A stretch of DNA of 62,496 nucleotides, taken from NCBI GenBank assembly GCA_039187775.1, contig JBCCZL010000001.1, positions 1 through 62,496 on the forward strand, given 5' to 3'. Positions 46,801 to 53,700 of the stretch are shown piece by piece. The translations under genes and the position numbers were made by a program. The stretch comes from Myxococcota bacterium. Lineage in GTDB: Bacteria > Myxococcota_A > Polyangia > Polyangiales > JBCCZL01. Under the pieces are notes generated by a model, which ran no database searches, was not told the origin of the DNA, and worked only from the letters and a program-made list of their open reading frames with translations. Every line of letters starts with the position of its first letter. Position 1 is the stretch's first letter.

Positions 46801-47515
46801 TGGACTCGCGGTTATCGATCCACTTGAGGAGCGCGTCGGTGTTCTGGCTTGTCGTAAAGGGCGCGATGCCCTCGAAGCCGACGAGCACATCACCGCCGCC
46901 AGTCGCGGTGCTACCGCAGCTTCCGCGGTAGTTTCCACACACCTGCGGAGAACTCGCCGCATTAAAGAGAAACAGGTTGTTGCTTCCAGAAGGACGGCAG
47001 GCCGCGGGGAAGGTGGACTGCCAATCGATGGGGCAGTTCACCCCCGGATTGACCGCCGCTCCAGTGTTGCACTGCGGGTTGCCGTAGGATGTAACAAAGG
47101 GGCCGCCGAAGTTGCACTCGTAGTTGTTGATGTTGGTCTGGAGCCCCGCCGTGCAGGTCGTGTTCGTTCCCTGGCTCTGACGGAACCGAGCCATCGCGAG
47201 GTCGATGTCGCCGCCGTAGGCGTAGATGAGATTTCGAATCGCCTCTTTCGCGACGAAGATTCGACTGTCGTTCGGAAGTCCATCGCAGTCGCTGTCGATC
47301 CCTGCGGTGCAGTTGGCGCCGCAGTACACGCCGCCGGACACCGTGCACCCCGTGGTGATCCCGTCCCCAAAGGTTGGCGTTCCGTTCAGGTCGAATGCCA
47401 TCGACCCCGACGTATCCACCGCGAGCATGATGCGCGGCGGCAGCTGGGCCGATGCCGGGTTTCCCCCGAACAGGAGCGACAACAACAAGACCCCAATTCC
47501 GAACGGTAGTCGCAT
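40838..47515 (-). CDS. giant vWA / CDGxDNDCDG cysteine-repeat / FGE-sulfatase (SUMF1-type) domain surface protein
   Basis: Start set at ATG 47515 (MRLPFGIGVLLLSLLFGGNPASA signal). MIDAS DTSGSM. About 24 CDGxDNDCDGxxDE repeats. C-terminal YDMSGNVREWT...RGGGF...GFRCCYYE. See the findings for the internal sorting-tag/signal junction. Confidence 0.9.
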   Translation of the reverse strand: MRLPFGIGVLLLSLLFGGNPASAQLPPRIMLAVDTSGSMAFDLNGTPTFGDGITTGCTVSGGVYCGANCTAGIDSDCDGLPNDSRIFVAKEAIRNLIYAYGGDIDLAMARFRQSQGTNTTCTAGLQTNINNYECNFGGPFVTSYGNPQCNTGAAVNPGVNCPIDWQSTFPAACRPSGSNNLFLFNAASSPQVCGNYRGSCGSTATGGGDVLVGFEGIAPFTTSQNTDALLKWIDNRESNPLLTATTAGNWCSHAGAGDCELRPEGPTPLAGTLNSVGTYMTTAQGSDPLFASCNRPYSIILITDGAQSTGCAPNDPVAAATALNTSGIRTYVVGLAITGGAATQLNAIAAAGGTDATPGLAGGEAFFANDPTTLSAGLSAIVADSFISETCDGTDEDCDGLTDEGFPLFCNVPAGQLTPTLCVDPGETNCDGVDDNCDGRIDEGVLNACGTCGPVPTEVCGNLLDDDCDGVIDEGCSGCPGTAETCNNVDDDCDGLTDEALTRACGTNIGECTAGTESCSAGAWVGCSAVGPNAEICDGLDNDCDGVIDGFTRQCGTSDVGKCQFGSQLCTGGTFGACVGNIEPSAEICDGIDNDCNGTVDNGNPGGGAMCGSNIGVCTPGTRACVGGMLACTGGVSPGMELCNGLDDDCNGVVDDGIPPLGACGASSTGECSLGTLVCVGGTPTCVGDRGPTAEVCDGLDNDCDGTNDNGNPGGGNPCGTATGVCELGTSQCVGGMLTCAGGVGPGAEVCDLLDNDCDGLVDEGNPGGGGACGMSDVGACEFGALACVMGMLQCIGETGPSPEICDGIDNNCNGMIDEGNPEGGAACGDDTGECRPGTTFCNAATGMLECMGAVGPTPEICDGLDNNCNGVADEGLPVGAPCGSDVGECSPGVNICRDGMLQCEGQIGPVAEVCDALDNDCDAMVDEGLPAGVACGSSEGLCMPGTQQCVDGREVCIGEVPPMREACDCQDNDCDGTTDETPMTGTLCPEGATCVDCQCALPCRRSEFGVSCPSGKTPFETNGECFCVAEQCSAESCGMETVERDGETLCGPDATDVTNCVCKNNECTFSCDGVVCTDGTVCNPLDPAGRCVEDSCRGLGCPAGLVCDGNTGECVEDACAAVTCMDSQACRDGACEESCAGVSCGPGQRCQSGSCVTDLCANTGCMVGEVCNPADGSCSSACADVTCPDRTVCDLMTGECESDPCNTLRCPEGEICRNGECTNETVAPGDAGMDGGDAGMEEAEGTRVLATGGGGCTCSTADGSPGNDEPQGPTWWLMAAMLFLYFVPRRRASALLKKALLFGGLVLLVGAAGCDVDPYCIDCIKSTADGGSDGGDGGISRPDATLDAEVDADAELPDGCMPGAPELCNMFDDDCDGVVDEGVDTMTDVDNCGGCGLRCAPIHAFGECVAGNCELGACDVSWYDLNNDISDGCEYRCSGTEADDTVCDLRDNDCDGLVDEDVAFDTDPTNCGACGRLCRFARATSSCSMMTCEIDSCDPNFFDIDGNSGNGCEYACTPASPAVEACNGLDDDCDGTVDEGNPEGGGNCGSNVGACVRGTELCMNGTLVCSGETAPVTESCDNVDNDCDGMTDEGNPDGGALCGSSVGTCEQGRQTCVNGALDCVGEVVAQPEVCDGLNNDCDGMIDEGDPGGGGSCGPAAVGACSPGTNRCRGGVLVCEGAVGATDETCDGADNDCDGMTDETDPAIGTSCGTDEGACTPGTRICSGGVLRCSGAFMGGAETCNGVDDDCDATVDEGNPGGGASCGSAVGACMAGTQTCTAGVLQCQGETTGSLESCDTIDNDCDGMTDEDFNLLTDLNNCGGCGTPCSIPNAAANCSGGSCNFVACLTGFWDINGDASMTPTDGCEYACSINGAEACNGIDDDCDMIVDEGLTPPTNFCNPNGVCMGTSPVCGGAAGWQCNYPATFEVSETRCDTLDNDCDGQTDEPFFPQLGSTCTNGLGLCQTVGLFICNPGDPLSIVCNAAPAGMPSGELCDNLDNDCDGVVDNGVGDIVTGDINAVRIPRPSGGFVRVMAYEASRPDATASEQGLANTLACSNANRLPWTDVTWNEANNACCALNSSGTCSGGSAEWRLCDSAEWTRACGNTADMCMWGYQNMCNTSQVTTCNGDEFDCSAASGDQDCLFPTGSPSFPMCRQVWTTGSIYDMSGNVREWTDTLAGAGRHEIRGGGFTNIEAGRTCAFDFTVADNSFSFPNVGFRCCYYE

Positions 47516-47603
47516 GACAAAACCCTCAGTTCCCGACAAGAAATGGGACCATGTAACCAAGCAAACGTCAACAATAACGGAAAACTACGTTGTTTGTGGA
47601 TAT

Positions 47604-47629
47604 CTGAGCCGCTGCATTTCTTGGCTCAG
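47604..47629. promoter_or_regulatory. hairpin/dyad CTGAGCC-N12-GGCTCAG in the AT-rich divergent intergenic region
   Basis: Read directly. Lies between the divergent starts at 47515 and 47661. Confidence 0.2.
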
Positions 47630-47660
47630 GGTCGAGGATCAGAGACAATTCCCCTGAACG

Positions 47661-50600
47661 GTGCGCGTGGCGAAAACTTCTGGGGGTCAGGTCAGCAATC
47701 TACTGCGCGAGCAGCGTCCGACCCTCTTGATGGTGGGGACGGGCGAGCCTCTCGACGCCGCGATCCGGAAAGCGCTCGATGCGAAGGGGCTCTTCGTCGA
47801 GAGCTGCGCGTCGCTCGCAGTGCAGCGGGCGGTGCGGGTCGCCGCGCCGGACCTCGTGCTTCTCGTGGGCGACGCGGCGCGCGATCAGGGGCGACGCGTC
47901 TTGCGCCTTCTTGCGAATCATCCGGCGACGTCGGTGATTCCGGTGGTGGTCCTCAGCGACGAACCCTCGCTTGATGACAAGCTCATCGCGTTTCGTCATG
48001 GCGCGGTCGGCGTGGTTCCGCGTTCGGCAAGCGCCGACGAGATCGCCGGTCGGATCGCCAAGCTCGCGATCGAACTCCCGGATCGGAAAGGCGGCGCCGC
48101 GGGCGAGCTTGGCGAAGCGAGCTTCGAGGAGCTCATGAGCCTCGTGCGTCAGGAGCTTCACAGCGGCATCCTTTCGGTGCACTCGCCGGGCATGGAAACC
48201 GATGGTGTACGCGTGGTTCTCGGCGCGGGTCGTCCGGTGGCGGCTGCACTCAAGGAGTTTGTCGACCGCCTCAAGCCGCACGTGTCCGAGTCGGAGTCGC
48301 TCCGCTACTCGTTTCACGAAGCGCCGGGAGGACGGCTGCAGTTCCTCGACCTTGAGACCAAAAGTGGCGACCTTTCGGTGCTCGATGGCCGGCGGGTGCT
48401 CGTGGTCGACCACGACCCAGGGCGGGCGGACGCGCTGACGCAAGAGCTCCGAGATCGCGGGGCCACCGTCGTGGTCACCGATCCGGCGGGAGAAAGTCTC
48501 GCCCGGGCCCAGGGACTCGATCCTGAGATCATCGTGTTCGATGCGGCTACGCTGGACGGTCCGGACTTCGAACTCGTGCGGCGGATTCGCCGTGACCTTC
48601 GACTTCGCTGGGCGAGCTTGCTGCTCGTCAACTGGTCCGAGATCTGGCCGGACCGGAGCCATGCGATCGACATGGAGAAGTTTGCCCACCGGGTCGCGCC
48701 GCTGGTCGAGCAGGTGACCGAGCTTCGCGATCTCGCCGAGCGGCGCGATCAGTTCGATACCCGTCTCGAGATCACCGGTCCGGGGCGTTTGCTTCGCACC
48801 CTCATTGGCGTGAACCGCACGCTTCACGCCACGATTAGCCACAGCCGGATCATGGTCGAGGTGGACATCGCCGAGGGCCTCATCGTGGGCGCGGTCGCGC
48901 ATCTGCCGGACAACCGAAACCTCGAGGGCCTCGAGGCGCTCGCCGCGCTGATGGCGATCGGTTCGGGTCGGGTCCGAGTCGAACAGCGCCCCCGGCCGAA
49001 CGTCGCGAACATCATGGCGCCGGTCGATGACACCCTGGCGCAGGCGGCCGAACTTCCACTTCCGATCAAGCCGTCGGTCTACCCCGGAGCAAATCGCGAG
49101 TCTGATCCCCCCACCGGGCTCACGACGAAGATTCCGACCGCTGGGGTGCCTGACCTCGGGGTGGCGGGCCCGCTGACCCCGCTGCCCGAGAGCGCGCTGA
49201 CCTGGGACGATCCTGCGGAGGAAGAGCGGCATCCAGACCTTGTCGAAACCAACCCGGCGGCCGAGGCGTACCAACCCGACCTCAGCACCCCGCCCCACGT
49301 CGAGACCGACGAGCCGACGAGTAGCGATCTGCTCGGCAAGACCGGTCGACTCGCCGAGGCGACGGCGCCGGGTGGGGATCTCGCCGAGGCGGCGGGCAAG
49401 CGTGCGGCGGAGCTCGATGCGCTTGGCGAAGTGAGCGAGCCTCCGATGGAGATCCGCGACTCGATGCTCGAGGAGCCGGACGAAGACGATATCGAGACCT
49501 TGCCGCCGACGGCCGGCCAGCCGGTGGCGGTGGAACTGCCTCCCGATCCGAAGCCTCCGATTGGAGTGATCCCGGACCTTCCGATCTCGGACTTCCCCGT
49601 CCGGGTGGAGCCTTCCGCTGTCAAGCCCGAAGGCCTTGGCGCCAGGCAAGAGTCGATTCCCGACAAGACCGAGCCGATGTCGCTGGAACCCGGATGGCCG
49701 GTGAGTACGCCGCCTCCGCCGCCGACCTCTCGCGGCCCTCTTTATGCCGTGCTCGGGGTCTTGGTGGTGCTTTCGGTGGGCACGGCGACCTTCTTTGTGA
49801 TGCGGAGCCTCGGCGGTACCGATCCCGTCACAACCCACACCGGCGCCGAACCGGAAAACGGATCGGGTGAGTCGGAAGGTTCCGAACCGGAGAACTCGGA
49901 AAACGGCACTCCCGCGAACCGCGCCTCAGAACCCAGCACATCGGAGACCGGCACGTCGGAGACCGGTACCACAGAAACCGGTACCACAGCATCCGGTACC
50001 GCAGAAACCGCCAGCGACTCGGAACACGGCGCCCCGGAGGAGGTCGAGACTGGGGACCGGGAAACCACCGAGGGGTCCGACGCAGAGGACAGCGATCCCG
50101 AACACCGCGATCCCGAACACCGCGATCCCGAACACCGCGATCCCGAAGACCGCGACCCCGAAGCGGCCGGTACGGAGGAAGATCCGGACGAGGCTTCGGA
50201 GGCGGCGGAGACGACCGAGACCGAAGTCGCGACGATCGATCCCAATCGATCCGCGTCGTCGTTGATTCGCGAGGCGGAGCGCATGGTGCGCGACGGTCGA
50301 ACCTTGGAGGCCGCACCCCTCTTCGAGCGGGCTCTCGAGCTTGCGCCGAATGATAACCACGTGCTTGCGGGCATGGCCGAAGTGCACCTTGCGCGAGGCG
50401 AGGCGGCGGAGGCGGTGGAATATGCCCAGCGCGCGGTCGCGCTTCGGTCCCGAAGGGCGAGCTACCGTGTCATTCTGGCCGAAGCGCTTCTCGGAAGTGG
50501 CAATCGACAGGAGGCTCGCGGACACCTCCAGCGGGCGATTCAGCTCGACCCGGGCAACGCTCGGGCAAGTCGGCTCCGAGCGCGCATCGAAGCCGAATAG
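47661..50600 (+). CDS. REC-like x2 / DUF4388 / TM / acidic low-complexity / TPR protein
   Basis: First REC-like domain lacks the acidic pair (LLMVGTGE) but keeps PDLVLLVGD. Second has VLVVDHD and PEIIVFD. GRLLRTLIGVNRTLHATISH...EGLEALAALMAIGSGRVRVE fits DUF4388. TM segment LYAVLGVLVVLSVGTATFFVM. C-terminal TPRs. GTG start, so the start is uncertain. Confidence 0.85.
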   Translation: MRVAKTSGGQVSNLLREQRPTLLMVGTGEPLDAAIRKALDAKGLFVESCASLAVQRAVRVAAPDLVLLVGDAARDQGRRVLRLLANHPATSVIPVVVLSDEPSLDDKLIAFRHGAVGVVPRSASADEIAGRIAKLAIELPDRKGGAAGELGEASFEELMSLVRQELHSGILSVHSPGMETDGVRVVLGAGRPVAAALKEFVDRLKPHVSESESLRYSFHEAPGGRLQFLDLETKSGDLSVLDGRRVLVVDHDPGRADALTQELRDRGATVVVTDPAGESLARAQGLDPEIIVFDAATLDGPDFELVRRIRRDLRLRWASLLLVNWSEIWPDRSHAIDMEKFAHRVAPLVEQVTELRDLAERRDQFDTRLEITGPGRLLRTLIGVNRTLHATISHSRIMVEVDIAEGLIVGAVAHLPDNRNLEGLEALAALMAIGSGRVRVEQRPRPNVANIMAPVDDTLAQAAELPLPIKPSVYPGANRESDPPTGLTTKIPTAGVPDLGVAGPLTPLPESALTWDDPAEEERHPDLVETNPAAEAYQPDLSTPPHVETDEPTSSDLLGKTGRLAEATAPGGDLAEAAGKRAAELDALGEVSEPPMEIRDSMLEEPDEDDIETLPPTAGQPVAVELPPDPKPPIGVIPDLPISDFPVRVEPSAVKPEGLGARQESIPDKTEPMSLEPGWPVSTPPPPPTSRGPLYAVLGVLVVLSVGTATFFVMRSLGGTDPVTTHTGAEPENGSGESEGSEPENSENGTPANRASEPSTSETGTSETGTTETGTTASGTAETASDSEHGAPEEVETGDRETTEGSDAEDSDPEHRDPEHRDPEHRDPEDRDPEAAGTEEDPDEASEAAETTETEVATIDPNRSASSLIREAERMVRDGRTLEAAPLFERALELAPNDNHVLAGMAEVHLARGEAAEAVEYAQRAVALRSRRASYRVILAEALLGSGNRQEARGHLQRAIQLDPGNARASRLRARIEAE
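50094..50168 (+). repeat. 15-nt in-frame tandem repeat (GATCCCGAACACCGC), about five copies
   Basis: Three perfect copies at 50094-50138 and two diverged copies after them. Encodes DPEHR DPEHR DPEHR DPEDR DPEAA. Confidence 0.9.
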
Positions 50601-50752
50601 ACCCGGCCGACTTTTTTTGCGACCGGTCGTGCGATGGGGTGTCGTTCCAACGAGTCAAGCCTCCACTCGACTCACCAGCCTTCGGGTTGGTCAACTCGAG
50701 GCGCGGGTTTCGCGGCCATCCAGCATCCCGCGGGGCCCGCGCCTCGAACCGC

Positions 50753-53700
50753 TTACAGTCGAAGATCGATCTCAGCGGTCTGCCGGTAGGTGTTGAGCTC
50801 GTTCTCGGCCTCGAGGGTCTCGAAGCGGCGTCGGACGATCTCGAAACAGATCCGATACGCTCCAGGGCCAAGCGGCGCTCGGGGGAACACCAGCAGCTTG
50901 GTCGCGTCGCGGTTTTGAACGACGAGCGTCGCGACATCTTCGTAGACTCGGGTGCGAAACGTCGGAACGAACCGACGGTTCGGAAGAAGCGCGATCTCTG
51001 ACAGGCCGAGCTCGCGCACCACTCGCGCGACCTCGGGACGAAGCTCCCGGGTGGTGAGGTGGCCCTCGCCCGTGAATGAAAGAGTCTCCACCGCGGACCC
51101 TTCGAGCGTCGGTGCGGTCTCTATGCGCTCGGGAGCCGACCTTCGGGAAGTCAGTCGGAGTCTCGGAGCCTCCGGTCGCGCGTCCAGCCTCGCGTTGGTC
51201 AGCGTGGTCGGGGTGGGAATGGGACGTAGGTCGACCGGTCGAAGCGGTTCGCGGCGCGTCTCGGGGATGAGATCTCCGAGCGCCGGGTTGACGCGGGGCC
51301 GGAGAAGCTCCGGGCGAAGTCGCCCGAGGAGGTCCCGCACATCGCGGCCGACCCGCCGCCGAAGCTGCTTGAGCTCGAGGCCGACCTCCGACACGACATC
51401 GAGAGGCTCGGGGCTCTCGACCAGAAACGCCCCGACGGTGTCTCCACCGATCGCGGTGATGGTGACTCGCTCCGGGATGTCCTCGGTAAATACCACCAGC
51501 TCCGAAATGAGCTGGTCGAAGAGTTCTTCTCGCTCGGCGTCGGAGGCCTCCGGCTCCATCGCCGCCACGATGGCACCGAGATGGGTGCGGAGCGCCCTCT
51601 GGATCTCCTCGGCAGATCCTGGTTGCAGAAGAAGGCCGTCGAAGGAGTCGATGTGCTCTTCGAAGCTTCGGTAGCGGCTCGCGGTGAACGAATGGCTCGT
51701 CATATCGACGCCCGACACAAAGAGCGTGGTGATCGACGCGTTGGGGCTTGCAACGATGCTCGGAGGGCCCGAGTACCGCCGCTCCCGCGGCACGTCGAGG
51801 GATTGTCCACTGGCGCGAAACCGAACGATGTCGGCGTATATCACCGCTTCGATGAGCGCCGCGTCACCGACGTCGACCGATCGACCGCCCACCTCCAGCC
51901 GCCCGTCCCGAAGCCGTGCTTCGACTGCTCCGCCAAAGAGCTGGACACCAAAGTCTCCGGTTCCGCCGATCGAGATGCGCATGAGGTCCCATTCGGGGTC
52001 GCCGAACCCGAGCTCGCCGCCGGCGGGTGCCCGAAGCGCGCCGTCGGCCCATTCCCAGGCGCCCTCCCGCCGAAATGTGAGGAGGTCGGTTTCGGAGAAG
52101 CGCTTTCGGTGAATCCACGGTGCGCCCTCGGGCCGAACGCACGCCGTGTAGGTCGCGTTCGGTTCCCAGAGGCCCTCGTCCGGCTCCGAGACGACGGCGG
52201 CCTGCTCGACCCGAGTCGGATCGTCGATCCCGCACCGGTTGTCGCCCGCCTCGACCAATCGGCCGAATCGCTGCTTCGCTTCGTCCTCGGTCGACGCAAC
52301 GATCACTTGGAGGACGGAGCGCGCGAGGAACGCCGCGGCCCCAAGGAACGCGCCCCCTCGAGACAACCAGTCTTCGGAAGTCGCCGAGGAGCGACTCAGG
52401 AGCTCGTCGGCATTTCGGCCGGAGTTCGCACGCACGATCAAGGACACGGGAAAGGTCTGCCGATGTTCGTCGCTCGCGGTTCCTGGAGCGAAGAGCTTCA
52501 GGTCCTCGCTGAAGAGCGTCAGCACCGGTTCTTCGCGATAGAGCCGCCCTCGATGACCGCCGTAGGCTCGAACGACGTACGGGGCAAGCTCCTGCCCAAC
52601 ACTCTCGGTGAGATTCGTGCCAGGGAACCCCGACGTCTCGAAGGAGATGGATTCGGTGACCTCCGCGGCTTCCCAGTCGGTGGTCGAATGCTTCACCGAA
52701 ATGTGGGTCGTGATCTCGACGGTGTACTCGTGTTGCGGAAGAAAGAAGGTTCTTGCCGGCCGTTCCCGGTCCTCGTGGTTGCAGGCGTCGACCGCATTTC
52801 GATAGGCCAGATACTCGGTGACGGTCACTCCGACCAAGCCGGCGATCTCGATCCAGTTGGTCGGGATCAGGCGGTTGCCCACGACGATTCCGCCGTCCTG
52901 CTCGTTGGGTCGGGTCATCACCCGGACGGTGCGGAGGGGGCCGGTGACGAGGACGCTATGCCAAGTGCCGTTCGCGGGGAACGTCTGACGGTATACTTCG
53001 GCTCCCGCTCGGTCTTCTGCGACTACGTCGATGCCCGGTTCGCCGCTCAGACTGCTCACCCAGATTCGGAGGTACTGAATGTCCTCGTGGGCGACAAACT
53101 GCCAGCTTTGACCCGCGTCGAGGGACAGGACCCGACCGCTTCCCACGCTCGAGGTGGCTTCCGGCGGCTTGATGAAGCCCCGACGAAACCACACATTGGC
53201 GCGGACGTCGCTTACCGAATGAACGGGCAAGCGAGTCGGCCCGAGCGGTTCGCTTCGATAGTAGTGTTCAAAGAGCGTGAGCGTCGGATCGCAGCAGGGC
53301 CAGTTGGGGTTCTCGCGAAGTATCGAGTCGTCGGCCTCCGGTGAGTCGAAGGAAACGCCAAACGGCGTATTGCCATTGAGGAAGAGCTGCGACGCGACCG
53401 TTTGATCCTCGGACCGAATCTCAGAATTCCACGCCCAGCGAAAGATCGTGGGGGATTCGCTGCTGACGATCGCGCCCGACTCGTCCAACGTAAAGCGAGG
53501 GGTTCGCTCCTCGACGACCGTCCATTCGGCGTCGCTAAACCGAGGCCGCCGCTTGACGACCAGCTTCTGGAGCTCGTACCGGGTAAGGAGTTCGACGTCG
53601 TCGTCGCCGCTTGCCCGGATTCCGAAGTCTCCAGTGGGACTCAGGTCCAGTAGATCGTTGACCGGCTGGGCGAACTCGATGGTGATAGTGGCCGCTGGCG

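Noticed and set aside
41369-47509. A 2046-codon ORF on the plus strand, the second-longest in the window
   Set aside because: It lies exactly antisense to the vWA/Cys-repeat gene. Its translation is Ala/Arg/Gly/Val-rich with no motifs, while the minus strand shows MIDAS, about 24 CDGxDNDCDG repeats and an FGE-sulfatase domain. It is a shadow ORF produced by GC3 bias.
47700-49838. A 712-codon minus-strand ORF
   Set aside because: It is antisense to the REC/DUF4388/TPR gene and Arg-rich with no motifs. The same reasoning applies to 3480..5249(-), 6485..7822(-), 8495..10300(-), 30066..31613(+), 51581..53344(+), 57616..58560(+) and 53535..54815(-).
50601-50635. A T7 run (50612-50618) after the 979-codon gene, considered as an intrinsic terminator
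   Set aside because: I could not find a convincing GC stem directly upstream. There is only a weak 6-bp pairing with a G-U pair, plus the self-palindrome CGACCGGTCG downstream. I left it unannotated.
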